Shown here in pieces: positions 48,763 to 58,217 of a stretch of DNA of 64,000 bases. The stretch is from Candidatus Latescibacterota bacterium (lineage in GTDB: Bacteria; Latescibacterota; UBA2968; GCA-2709665). The DNA is taken from positions 2,752,001-2,816,000 of the forward strand of contig CBDDDZ010000005.1 in assembly GCA_965226795.1 (NCBI GenBank), in the 5' to 3' direction. How positions within the stretch are numbered: the stretch's first letter is position 1; each line of letters opens with the position of its first letter. Position numbers and translations under genes: made by a program. The notes beneath the pieces were generated by a model that did no database searches, had not been told where the DNA came from, and worked only from the letters and a program-made list of their open reading frames with translations.

Positions 48763-49197
48763 CTACAGGCTGTTGTGGAATTCCGTCCAATCGTCGAGAT
48801 TGTTCAGGTTCACCGCGTCCGGAATCGACCCGTCATCCTCCACTCCGGCCGCCGACAGAATCGCCCCCCGCGTGTCGTCGTCGTGGTGATACCCGCGTAT
48901 GGCCTCGTTCGAAGCCTCAATCTCCTCCTGAGGTATGCTGCCGCCGCGCTTATTCACCACCCAATTCTCAAACTCGATATACGTCGGAAGGTTGCTCTTC
49001 ACGTAGTCCACCGCCGCATCTCGATCGACTTTCAATCCGTCCAGCACCATCTGGTCGTAACCGGCGCCGCATTCGGGATAGTCGTCCGCCAGCTGTCCTT
49101 TTGCGGAAAGCGTCAGCTTCAACCACAACCGGGGGAGGTGGATGGCGCCCAGAGGCCCTGCAACACCGGAACTGATAAGGGGAATCGTGCCTGTCAT
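48763..49197 (-). CDS. DUF5069-like protein
   Basis: PLISS..AGPLG..HLPRLWLK, Y...G.GYD, C-terminal LNNLDDW..FH; AAGGAG RBS. Confidence 0.7.
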   Translation of the reverse strand: MTGTIPLISSGVAGPLGAIHLPRLWLKLTLSAKGQLADDYPECGAGYDQMVLDGLKVDRDAAVDYVKSNLPTYIEFENWVVNKRGGSIPQEEIEASNEAIRGYHHDDDTRGAILSAAGVEDDGSIPDAVNLNNLDDWTEFHNSL

Positions 49198-49252
49198 CGT
49201 GTGTCTCCTTCTGTAATGGGGAGTTGGAGTAGGTGTCCTGTCTCAGAGATAT

Positions 49253-49297
49253 GTCGCCGACCTTCCGCAGGTCCCGGCGCTTTGACAGCCGGGCGAC
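49253..49297 (-). promoter_or_regulatory. Putative structured cis-regulatory leader (three-way junction)
   Basis: Three 5-bp helices (gtcgc/gcgac, ccggc/gccgg, gacct/aggtc) about 55 nt upstream of the DUF5069 start. Confidence 0.35.
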
Positions 49298-49530
49298 TCG
49301 GCGGCCGAATTTCGGCAATCTATTTCCGGGTCAGAACATTAGATGGAAACCGCGTTATGGACACCGCAGCCAATGCACCCCGTTCATCGGCCTAAGTATT
49401 CCATAAATGTACAGGATGAAACCCCTGTCAACATGAAAAACGCCGGACTTTTGCCTTTGCCCGATCCGGGTGGACTGCAATACAACCGAATCCGGCGCAC
49501 GCCTGGTGTAATTCGCGTTGTGAATGCAGC

Positions 49531-49577
49531 ACACAAAACGAGCGGATGAAAACGACGCTCATCCGCTCGTTTTGTGT
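49531..49577. terminator. Long perfect hairpin / terminator downstream of the DUF151-UVR gene
   Basis: 19-bp perfect inverted repeat acacaaaacgagcggatga / tcatccgctcgttttgtgt with a 9-nt loop. Confidence 0.7.
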
Positions 49578-49591
49578 TGGGTTGGACAATC

Positions 49592-50263
49592 TCATTCTTC
49601 CCGGCTGTTTTTCAACCGGTCTATTTCGTCTCGCAGCCTGCCGGCTTCTTCGTAACGCTCCTGCCGGCTGGCCTGTTCCATTTTCCGTCGGAGATCGTTG
49701 ATCCGTACCTCCAGAGGGTCTCCCGCATCGACTGTCCCGCTCTGGGGACCTTCCGCCACCGTCATCACGGCCTCTTCCTTGTCCTCCGAAAGCTTGGGCG
49801 GCGCCCAGGCTTCGATCGCCTCGGGTTCCTCGGCACCCACTCCGGGCCGATCCTCGTGTCCGGCTTCGGTTAGAACGGCCTCAGATACGTATATGGGCGC
49901 TTCGTAACGCAACGCCAGGGCGACGCAATCGCTCGGACGGGCGTCGACCCGCCAGCGTTTCTCGCCGCACGCGAGCGCCAGTTCCGCGTAAAAGATACCT
50001 TCTTTCAACGCCACAATATGGACCCCTTCTACTGTGGTGTCGAGTTGACCCAGAATAGACCGAACCAGGTCGTGCGTAAGCGGGCGTGGCGGACGTTCGT
50101 TCGTCAGTTCGGCGTAGATGGCGCTGGCTTCCATCAGCCCGATCACGATAGGCAGCAGTACGTTGTGCTCGCTGCTGCACAGCCAGATCATTCGCTGTTG
50201 GGAAGCCTGTACCGGTCGTAACGCGTTCAGCGTCCGTTCATTGTCGATCTTGACTTCAATCAT
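49592..50263 (-). CDS. Bifunctional nuclease family (DUF151) protein with C-terminal UVR domain
   Basis: LPIVIG..EA, PRPLTHDL, DARPSD; C-terminal ERYEEAGRLRDEI; GGAGGAGG RBS. Confidence 0.9.
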   Translation of the reverse strand: MIEVKIDNERTLNALRPVQASQQRMIWLCSSEHNVLLPIVIGLMEASAIYAELTNERPPRPLTHDLVRSILGQLDTTVEGVHIVALKEGIFYAELALACGEKRWRVDARPSDCVALALRYEAPIYVSEAVLTEAGHEDRPGVGAEEPEAIEAWAPPKLSEDKEEAVMTVAEGPQSGTVDAGDPLEVRINDLRRKMEQASRQERYEEAGRLRDEIDRLKNSREE

Positions 50264-50349
50264 TGGCCTCCTCCGGATTTTCATCGCTCAGAACGCGACT
50301 CGCAATATACGAAAATCAGGTTCACCGGCAAGGTTAATTTACGCCTTTT

Positions 50350-51651
50350 TCAAACGCGTTTCGACGTGAACCGTTCCATCAGGCTGATGCACACCGCCTC
50401 GATCCGTTCGGCACTCCCCGGCGCCACCCGCGACCAGGGTCCCGCCACGACTTCGTATCCACCTTCCGCGTAGGCTCTGCGGATGGGAAAATATCCGAGC
50501 CATCCGTTCGCATTGCCCGTCACGAACCAGGCGCCCGCCTGTTTGATCGCGAGCCCGGTCTCGACGAATACCTCGCCCGGAAGCGCGACCCAGCGCAGCC
50601 GGCCCAGCGCCATGGCCTGTACCTCGACCTCGAGCGGTCCTTCAGCGAGTTTGCGCGCGAGCCGCAGCGCCCGACGGTTGTCAGATGAAGGATTCTGCGC
50701 CGCAGTTCGCTCCGCCTCGTCCACCGGCGGACAGGGCCTCCCCTCCAGTTCCAGTTGATCCGTAACGTATGCCACGTCGGTCGACCCGAGGGGAGACCCC
50801 TGCTTCATCCGGGCAATCTCATCCAGCGCCGCGAGACCCAAAGTCCGCCCGATCCGGGACACGTCCTCGAAATTGGTCGTCACGTGGATCGAGTTCACAT
50901 TGCCACACGCGCCGTTGACAAACAGACAGGGCGTGCCATCCAGCCCTTCCTCCACGCAGGCTGCCAGCGCGCCGGGATAATCCGCAGACACCGGCGGCAG
51001 GACCATGGCCACGACCGGATGGGCGGCATAGTTCACCATCGCCGCGTGAGGCTCCCCCGTCGCTGCTTCCAGATACAACACGGACAGCGCCTCATCCACG
51101 GCCCACGGTCCGTCGGCCTCCTCCCGTGAAGGCAGCGCCCCGCCATGGTTCAATGAACCGTCTCTCAAGAGAACTCGTCGATGGCGGGCCACGCCCGCGA
51201 GCCGTGTAACCCCCGCGTAGGCCCGAACGGCGGCTCGCTTTTCCCACGCCTCGGTAACCGTGGCCGCCAGTGTCTCCAGGTGCGCCTCCAGCCAATCCTG
51301 AATCCCCTCCGTTTCCCGGAACGGCGTCAACCCGATCAATTCGGGCGTGGAGTGGGAGTGGGTGGCCGAAAGCATGACACCCTCTTCGGACAAGCCGGTC
51401 CGTTCGGAAATCCGCGCACGCAACTCCTTCGTGAAATTTCGTCCCGGGCCCAGAATCGTGTTGTCGTACCCTATCGAGTCGACGGCCAGCACCGCAACCG
51501 ACTTGCGACCATCGTCGAGGACCAGGGCCCTGGCGTACAGATCGTCGTGAATACCCTCGAACGGCTCGCAGGTGCCGTTCCCGGAAGACGTCAGATACGG
51601 CACCCACGTGGGAGGGGTCACACACCTTTTCGCCGCGCCGGCCATCAGCAT
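50350..51651 (-). CDS. Neutral/alkaline ceramidase-like hydrolase family protein
   Basis: GIHDDLYARAL, SATHSHSTP, NYAAHP, SADYPG, NGACGN, PGEVF, GGYE. Confidence 0.75.
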   Translation of the reverse strand: MLMAGAAKRCVTPPTWVPYLTSSGNGTCEPFEGIHDDLYARALVLDDGRKSVAVLAVDSIGYDNTILGPGRNFTKELRARISERTGLSEEGVMLSATHSHSTPELIGLTPFRETEGIQDWLEAHLETLAATVTEAWEKRAAVRAYAGVTRLAGVARHRRVLLRDGSLNHGGALPSREEADGPWAVDEALSVLYLEAATGEPHAAMVNYAAHPVVAMVLPPVSADYPGALAACVEEGLDGTPCLFVNGACGNVNSIHVTTNFEDVSRIGRTLGLAALDEIARMKQGSPLGSTDVAYVTDQLELEGRPCPPVDEAERTAAQNPSSDNRRALRLARKLAEGPLEVEVQAMALGRLRWVALPGEVFVETGLAIKQAGAWFVTGNANGWLGYFPIRRAYAEGGYEVVAGPWSRVAPGSAERIEAVCISLMERFTSKRV

Positions 51652-51815
51652 TTTCAGCGCTCCTCCAAAAAAACCTCGCGACGAGTCGGCTGCCGGAGCG
51701 GCGTCGCGTCTCGAGACGTCCCCGCCATTTCTCCGTCGATGACACCGGGCGCGGCACGAACGCGGATTATCGCCGCGCCGGACGCCCGTTTACGCGGGCA
51801 CAATCCATTCCCGGG

Positions 51816-51844
51816 TTGACATGTGCACATCCAACCGATAAATT
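51816..51844 (+). promoter_or_regulatory. Sigma70 promoter with overlapping palindrome (possible operator)
   Basis: TTGACA-N17-TAAATT; palindrome ATGTGCACAT at 51821-51830. Confidence 0.55.
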
Positions 51845-51874
51845 ACTCACACATCCGTCAGATGAGGAAACCCC

Positions 51875-52702
51875 ATGGAACTTTCGCTTTCCGTACGTGT
51901 TGCCGAAAGCTTCAGCAACAAACGGGTGGTGGACATACCGCTACCCATCCTTGCGGGCATCGCACGAAGGGCCGGATATGCAGCGCTATGCATGCGTGCC
52001 TCGGTTGTGGGGGTCCGGAGCACTCCGGAAACCGTGAAATCCGCCCGCAATCGACTGAGCAGGGAACGCCTCGCAGTTTCTATGGTCACAGGCGACTTCG
52101 CCGTTCCGGAAAATGGCGACGACGGCCCGGGTTGCCTCCGGGGCATCGCCCCCTACCTCGACCTGGCGCAGGCTCTGGGAAGCGATCTCATTCGCGTCTG
52201 CATCAAGACCGAGGCCGATATCCCATTCGCGCAAAAATCGGCTGACGAGGCCGCCGAACGCAACGTCCGCCTTGCCCACCAGAGCCATACCCTCAGCCTG
52301 TTCGAAACCGTCGAAGGCTCCCTGGATGTCCTCAGGAGAATAGGCAGATCCAACTTCGGACTGATCTACGAACCTGCCAACCTCGCCCTCTGCGGGGAAG
52401 ATTACGGCCCGGACACGCTGCGCAGATTTCAGCCGTACCTGTTCAATGTCTATCTGCAGAACCACGCGCCCGACCCCGATGGCGACCGTCCGATGACCAC
52501 CTGGGCGAACGGTACCGTGATGTCCTCCCTGCGTCCCCTGGATGCTGACGAAGGTATCGACTTCGGCAGCGTTTTCGAGGGGCTGCACGCCATCTCCTAC
52601 AGTGGCTACGTCACCGTTCACCAGGCATTCGGCGGCCGGCTGCCCCCGGACGAAGCCGCCACCCGATCCGCGAAATTCCTCAAGTCGTTCATTGTTCAGT
52701 AG
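51875..52702 (+). CDS. Sugar phosphate isomerase/epimerase (xylose isomerase-like TIM barrel)
   Basis: AP-endonuclease-2-type pattern: ALGSDLIRV, NFGLIYEPANL, G.IDF, YSGYVTVH. Confidence 0.75.
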   Translation: MELSLSVRVAESFSNKRVVDIPLPILAGIARRAGYAALCMRASVVGVRSTPETVKSARNRLSRERLAVSMVTGDFAVPENGDDGPGCLRGIAPYLDLAQALGSDLIRVCIKTEADIPFAQKSADEAAERNVRLAHQSHTLSLFETVEGSLDVLRRIGRSNFGLIYEPANLALCGEDYGPDTLRRFQPYLFNVYLQNHAPDPDGDRPMTTWANGTVMSSLRPLDADEGIDFGSVFEGLHAISYSGYVTVHQAFGGRLPPDEAATRSAKFLKSFIVQ

Positions 52703-52745
52703 ACGGGTTGCGTCGTTTGGACAGGAACCAAACCGCGAAGGCGGC

Positions 52746-53126
52746 CTAAGCGTCTCGCTCCCGGTCGTATTCCGCGGTGATTTCGTGTCCGATCCCGCCC
52801 CGGACGTTGAACCGGCCGACCACCACCATTTCCACGGGCGCGCATATTAGTACCAGATCGTCCAGAATCCGGTTTGTCAGTTCTTCAAAGAAAACGCCCC
52901 TGTCGCGAAACGATCTGAAGTAGTGCTTGAGGGACTTGAGTTCCACGCACTTCTCGCCCGGCACGTAACGCACCACGATCGTGGCGAAATCCGGCTGCCC
53001 TGTAAGGGGACACAGCGACGTAAATTCCCGGCACGTGAACTCGATGGTGTACCGACGTTCCGGCCGCGGATTCTCGAAGACCTCCAGGATTTCGCTCGCC
53101 TGGCCCTGCAATCCGACGCCCTTCAT
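52746..53126 (-). CDS. queF: PreQ0 (7-cyano-7-deazaguanine) reductase, unimodular
   Basis: EFTSLCPLTGQPDFA (catalytic Cys and Asp), VELKSLK, E..TNRI, RGGI. Confidence 0.88.
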   Translation of the reverse strand: MKGVGLQGQASEILEVFENPRPERRYTIEFTCREFTSLCPLTGQPDFATIVVRYVPGEKCVELKSLKHYFRSFRDRGVFFEELTNRILDDLVLICAPVEMVVVGRFNVRGGIGHEITAEYDRERDA

Positions 53127-53147
53127 CTGAAAAGGCAGAACCGGGTT

Positions 53148-53540
53148 CTAGACCCCGGCCTCTGCCGTATCCACGGTTACCGTTGTCGCAATACCCCCTC
53201 GAACCGTGAACTCGACGATCACCACCAATTTCACCGGATGGCACGCCTGAACCAGATCGTCCACGATCCGATTGGCCGCCGCCTCGCATGACAACGCCTC
53301 ATTCCGGTACGTTCCCAAATACTGCTTGAGCGATACGGATTCTATACACCTTGCGCCCGGTACGTACCGAATGGTGACCGTCGCAAAAACCGGTTCATTC
53401 GTCACCGGATAGACGGCCGTGAATTCCGGGAAGACGCACTCGATCGTATACGGCCGGCCCTGTTGGGGGTTTTTAACCGTCTCCAGACCCACCTCGACAC
53501 TCCGTGAACGTGTTCTGACAGACCCGGGCCGGCCCGCCAT
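53148..53540 (-). CDS. QueF-like paralog lacking the catalytic Cys/Asp
   Basis: EFTAVYPVTNEPVFA, IESVSLKQY, E.AANRI.DDL, RGGI. Confidence 0.8.
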   Translation of the reverse strand: MAGRPGSVRTRSRSVEVGLETVKNPQQGRPYTIECVFPEFTAVYPVTNEPVFATVTIRYVPGARCIESVSLKQYLGTYRNEALSCEAAANRIVDDLVQACHPVKLVVIVEFTVRGGIATTVTVDTAEAGV

Positions 53541-53567
53541 TGCGCGGACCCCTCGCCGCCGGCGACA

Positions 53568-54569
53568 TCAAAACCCGGGCACCGCCACGGGCTTACCCGA
53601 ACGTACCGATTCAAAAAGCGCCACACAGATTCCCGCCGTACGGACGGCCTGCTCCAGGTTCACCTGTGGCTCCGTGTCGTTTTCTATAGCCTGAAGCAAG
53701 TCCTCTATCAGCTTCTGCCGGCTGTCCCTGGCATCGTCCGCCACCGCCACGGGCGCCCATTTTCGGCTCTGCAGATCCGAGACCAGGTGGGCGGGAGGGG
53801 CCTGGGCGGTCAGAAACGTCTTCCGCGTGCCGTAAATCTGCACGTTGCGGAAACCGGGCCGGGCCGAACCCATGGTTGTAAACGTCTTGGCCACGCATCC
53901 GTTTTCAAAGCGGATGATACCCACCACGCAATCCGTCACATCCAGGCCGTGCGATCCGGCGGATATCCCGTTGCCGTAAGCCGCCACCTCCAACGCGGGT
54001 GAGTCTACAAGCCACTGGATCACATCCACGGGATGAATGCTGCCGCCGGCCGCCGCGTTATAATTGGGACCAAGCCCGCCGCGCCATCCATCCTGGAACA
54101 GATTCAGATGGTTGGAAATATAATCCGCCTCGGCGTAAAACAGGCGGCCGAACGCACCCGCGTCGACCTGGCGCTTCAACTCCTGAAATGTCACGTCGAA
54201 CCGGATCTGACATCCGTGCGACACCTTCCGCCCCGTTCGGCGGGACGTCTGCGCGATTCTTTCGATATCCTCGAAGGACGTGGCCAGTGGTTTCTCCACG
54301 AGCACGTGCTTCCCGGAGTCCATCATCTCAACGGCCGGGTCGGCGTGCAGATGGTCGGGCGTGCAGATCGACACCACGTCGATGTCGTCCCGCTCGGCCA
54401 TTTCCCGAAAATCCGTATACAGGCGCCGCACCCCATGCGCCTCCCCTACCTTTTCCAGTAGTTCCTCGTTTACGTCGCAGATTGCCGTAACCACCGCACC
54501 GGCTTCCCGGTATGCTGCGATATGCCCGGTGCCCACACCCAGTCCGATCACTGCCGCGTTCAATGCCAC
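53568..54569 (-). CDS. Gfo/Idh/MocA family oxidoreductase
   Basis: VIGLGVG, ICTPDHLHA, GKHVLVEKPLA, HPVD; GAGGAGG RBS before GTG 54569. Confidence 0.9.
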   Translation of the reverse strand: MALNAAVIGLGVGTGHIAAYREAGAVVTAICDVNEELLEKVGEAHGVRRLYTDFREMAERDDIDVVSICTPDHLHADPAVEMMDSGKHVLVEKPLATSFEDIERIAQTSRRTGRKVSHGCQIRFDVTFQELKRQVDAGAFGRLFYAEADYISNHLNLFQDGWRGGLGPNYNAAAGGSIHPVDVIQWLVDSPALEVAAYGNGISAGSHGLDVTDCVVGIIRFENGCVAKTFTTMGSARPGFRNVQIYGTRKTFLTAQAPPAHLVSDLQSRKWAPVAVADDARDSRQKLIEDLLQAIENDTEPQVNLEQAVRTAGICVALFESVRSGKPVAVPGF

Positions 54570-54674
54570 TCGCCAGACCTCCTCTGACATAATCCTCGTG
54601 CACATCTTTCATGGGGTATCGTCACGTACCCATACGCGGCACGACTCCCCGAAGCCTAATGAACCGAGCCGCCC

Positions 54675-55859
54675 TCAACTTCGCCCCGGCACAATCGGAA
54701 CCAGGCTCGCACCGGACGGCCTGGGCGCGCGGGGTCGGATCGGCGGGCGTTCGTACGATCGGTACCGGACATCGAGATGGGGCGTCTCCACCCTCGCATG
54801 CCCCCGGTAACGCGAATCCATCAGCGCATCCAGCGCGCCGCTCACCAGCAACGTACGTTCCACGGGGTACGGCGGTTTACCCGTAAGGTATAGGTCCTGG
54901 ATGTTCCTGCTGAGATAGCTGAAATGGGCGTGCGGATCGCCAGGCAGGAACACCTCCATCCCCCGGACACGGCCAGAAACGCGGCCGGCATATCCGAACC
55001 CTTCCGTGTACCCGTTCAACATCAGGGTCGCCGCCCTCAGACCATCCGCATATTCCAGCAGAAAGACTGCCGGGTGGGGGCAGTGAGCCTCCATCTCGCC
55101 CGAGGCGCTCGCCTCGATATGTTCACGGGCAACGTCTGCAAGCGCGCGGGACCACCGGCCCTCGTTGGCGGCGCGCCACACGGCATCCCCTTCCAGGCAC
55201 TGCACCGCGACGATCCCCGTCTCACCGCCTCGCCTGCGTTCCACCATACACTGCAGCAGTTCAAGCGCGTGGAACCCATAGGAGTCCAGGCCCGAGTACC
55301 CGATTGACAACGCTTCTTCCAGCGGCGCTTCCAGCTCGTACTCGAGATACGGACTTCGCCAGGCCAGCGGCACCGAAGATCCGGCCAAAAACGGCACCTT
55401 CAGCATCATTGCCCGGTCGTACATCCACTTCGAATTCACCCAGTCATAAGCCAGGTGTTTGTCGCTGAATACGGGAACGGACCGGCCGGAAGCGGAAAAC
55501 ACCCCGCACACCTGCTCGAAGAAGAACCGGCGCGGATACATATGCTGCTGTTTTTCATTCCAGGCGTAGTCGCCATGCTCGCCGATGATTAACACGCCGT
55601 CTACCCCCAGTTTCCCGCCGCCGGGCGTCAATGCCTTCGGAATACTGTTGTAGACGGGAACCCCGTGAACCCTGGCCAGTTCGAGGCCCACGTCATTCTC
55701 GTGAACCTGGTCCATATACATGGAAGCGATTTCCACCTGCGGCGGTATCAACCCGTCATCCGACGGAAATCCCTTCAGAAACTTCGTTACGATGACGTCG
55801 GCGTGGGAACGTGGATAATACGTTGTGACAATTGCCGCGATCTTCTTGAGTCCGGTCAT
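54675..55859 (-). CDS. Conserved hypothetical protein (oxidoreductase-like)
   Basis: SHADVI, GVLIIGEHGDY, PVFSDKHL, AGSSVP, YGFHALE, PYPVERTLL; divergent Gfo-like pattern. Confidence 0.7.
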   Translation of the reverse strand: MTGLKKIAAIVTTYYPRSHADVIVTKFLKGFPSDDGLIPPQVEIASMYMDQVHENDVGLELARVHGVPVYNSIPKALTPGGGKLGVDGVLIIGEHGDYAWNEKQQHMYPRRFFFEQVCGVFSASGRSVPVFSDKHLAYDWVNSKWMYDRAMMLKVPFLAGSSVPLAWRSPYLEYELEAPLEEALSIGYSGLDSYGFHALELLQCMVERRRGGETGIVAVQCLEGDAVWRAANEGRWSRALADVAREHIEASASGEMEAHCPHPAVFLLEYADGLRAATLMLNGYTEGFGYAGRVSGRVRGMEVFLPGDPHAHFSYLSRNIQDLYLTGKPPYPVERTLLVSGALDALMDSRYRGHARVETPHLDVRYRSYERPPIRPRAPRPSGASLVPIVPGRS

Positions 55860-56146
55860 GGGAAACCGCCTTTCGACACAATAGGCGAACACGAGGTCCG
55901 CCTTTGCCGGAGCCACTCCTGGCATGGCGCACCGCCTCGGGAACATGGAGCGGGACGAATATCCCCGGTTCCTTCGCCCAAGACGCGGGGCAAATATGGT
56001 AAGCGCCCGAATCGATGTCAAGGCGAAATGAACTTCCCTGATCCGAGACAATGCCCGGGATATCCGGCTTGATTTTCGAACATGGATCTTCTATTTTGGA
56101 TGACGGAAGACAGGGCAACGTACAACGATCCACAGGGGCGCTCGAC

Positions 56147-57337
56147 ATGGTCTATGCCGGCATGAAATCATGGTTACAGGACGAATTACAGTCCATCCGG
56201 GAAAACGGCTTCTACAAGACGGAAAAACAGATCGCCACGCCCCAGCACACGCGGATCGAAACCGTGGAAGGTGAAGCGATCAACTTCTGCGCCAATAACT
56301 ACCTTGGCTTCGCCAACCACCAGGAGATCGTGGACGCGGCCGCCGACGCGTTGAACGAATTCGGATACGGCCTGGCTTCGGTGCGCTTCATCTGCGGCAC
56401 CCAGACCCTGCACAAGACCCTGGAAGGCCGTATCTCCCGGTTTCTGAATACAGATGACACCATGCTTTACACGTCCTGCTTCGACGCCAACGCGGGGCTG
56501 TTCGAGGCCCTGCTCGGCCCTGAAGACGCCGTGATCAGCGACGCGCTCAACCATGCCAGCATTATCGACGGTATCCGGCTCTGCAGGGCGCGGCGCAGCA
56601 TTTATCCTCATGCCGACATGTCGCGCCTCGAAGCCCTGCTTAAGGACGCGGCGGACGCCCGGTTCCGCATGATAGCCACGGACGGCGTGTTTTCCATGCA
56701 CGGCGCCGTAGCGCCCCTGAACGAGATCTGCCGCCTCGCGGACGCCCACGACGCGCTCGTGATGGTGGACGACTCCCACGCGACCGGCTTTCTGGGGGCT
56801 AACGGCAGGGGCACCCCCGAATTGTGCGGCGTTGAAGACCGAATCGATATCCTCACCAGTACGCTCGGAAAGGCCCTGGGCGGCGCCTCCGGCGGATTCA
56901 CGACGGGCCGCGGGGAAATTATCGAGTATCTGCGACAGCGCTCCCGCCCCTACCTCTTCTCCAATAGCCTGGCGCCGTCCATTGCAGCGGGCGGATTGAA
57001 AGCGCTGGATCTCGTACAGACGCGGCCGGAATATCGACGGACGCTAATGCAGAACACCGGGTACTTCAGGAAGACAATGCGTGAACGCGGCTTCCACATC
57101 CCGGAGGGCATCCACCCCATCGTCCCTATTATGCTCGGCGACGAACAACAGACCGCGCGCATGGCCCACGCCATGAATGAACGCGGCATCTTCGTCGTGG
57201 GCTTCAGCTATCCGGTGGTCCCCAGGGGCGAGGCCCGCATCCGCGTCCAGATCTCCGCGGCCCACACCCGACGTCAGCTGGACCGCGCCATCGATACCTT
57301 TGTGGAAGTCGGAAAACCCCTCGGCGTCGTTCAATAA
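56147..57337 (+). CDS. kbl: Glycine C-acetyltransferase (2-amino-3-ketobutyrate CoA ligase)
   Basis: [63 protein letters not shown]. Confidence 0.95.
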   Translation: MVYAGMKSWLQDELQSIRENGFYKTEKQIATPQHTRIETVEGEAINFCANNYLGFANHQEIVDAAADALNEFGYGLASVRFICGTQTLHKTLEGRISRFLNTDDTMLYTSCFDANAGLFEALLGPEDAVISDALNHASIIDGIRLCRARRSIYPHADMSRLEALLKDAADARFRMIATDGVFSMHGAVAPLNEICRLADAHDALVMVDDSHATGFLGANGRGTPELCGVEDRIDILTSTLGKALGGASGGFTTGRGEIIEYLRQRSRPYLFSNSLAPSIAAGGLKALDLVQTRPEYRRTLMQNTGYFRKTMRERGFHIPEGIHPIVPIMLGDEQQTARMAHAMNERGIFVVGFSYPVVPRGEARIRVQISAAHTRRQLDRAIDTFVEVGKPLGVVQ

Positions 57338-57417
57338 TGACCTTCTCTCTCGATTCCGACAACGGACGCAGGTGCGGCCGCTCGGGCGGCCGCCCGCAAC
57401 TATAAGAGGACACGCAA

Positions 57418-58185
57418 ATGGACACGGCCCAGCAGCAACCCCTCCAGGACCGCATCGCCATCGTAACCGGGGCGGGACAGGGCATCGGCCGGGCGGTTGC
57501 CCGGACCCTGGCGAGACGCGGTGCCCACCTCGTGGTCAACGACCTCGACGAGTCCAACGCCGAACGCACGGCCGACGAACTGAGTTCGTCGTTCACCAGA
57601 GCCTTCCACTTTCAGGCCGATGTCACCGATGCTCCAGGGGTTCAGGCCATGGTCGACTGGACGGCGGATACCTTTGGCGCCGTCCACATCCTGGTCAACA
57701 ACGCCGGCATCCTCTTTCCAACCAGCGTCATCGACATCGACGAAGACGAATGGGATCGAGTGATCGACGTCAATCTCAAGGGCGCCTTTCTCTGTTCCAA
57801 GGCTGTACTCCCCCACATGCGGGACGCCGGTTGGGGCCGAATCGTCAATTTCTCATCCACCGCCGGCAAGAATATCAGTACCGTGGGCGGCGCACACTAC
57901 ACTGCCGCCAAGGCCGGCGTGCTGGGATTCACCCGCCACCTGGCCAGGGAGGTCGCGGCCTTCAACATTACCGTAAATGCCGTTTGCCCCGGCCTGATCG
58001 ATACCGAAATGGTTCGCGGTACCATCGACGACGACCGTACGCGCGCCTATGCGCGGAGCTTTCCCATCCCCCGCCTGGGCAGACCGGAAGAAGTGGCCGA
58101 CCTTGTGGCCTTTCTCGCCTCCGACCAGGCCGCCTACATTACCGGCGCGTCGCTGGACATCAACGGCGGAGATCTGATGATATAA
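57418..58185 (+). CDS. Short-chain dehydrogenase/reductase (FabG-like)
   Basis: TGAGQGIG, NNAG, YTAAK, PG.IDT, ITG..LDINGG. Confidence 0.92.
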   Translation: MDTAQQQPLQDRIAIVTGAGQGIGRAVARTLARRGAHLVVNDLDESNAERTADELSSSFTRAFHFQADVTDAPGVQAMVDWTADTFGAVHILVNNAGILFPTSVIDIDEDEWDRVIDVNLKGAFLCSKAVLPHMRDAGWGRIVNFSSTAGKNISTVGGAHYTAAKAGVLGFTRHLAREVAAFNITVNAVCPGLIDTEMVRGTIDDDRTRAYARSFPIPRLGRPEEVADLVAFLASDQAAYITGASLDINGGDLMI

Positions 58186-58217
58186 GGTTTCACACGGCTT
58201 CCAGGAGAATTCACGGA

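Noticed and set aside
49225..49260. Fluoride riboswitch (GACACCTAC on the minus strand)
   Set aside because: Only the 3' element matches; the 5' GGnGATGGnGTTCnCC part is absent.
57177..58217. 733-aa ORF suggesting a long N-terminal fusion on the dehydratase
   Set aside because: The extension is an off-frame read-through of kbl and the SDR gene with Arg/Pro-rich nonsense composition. An AGGAG RBS supports ATG 58218.
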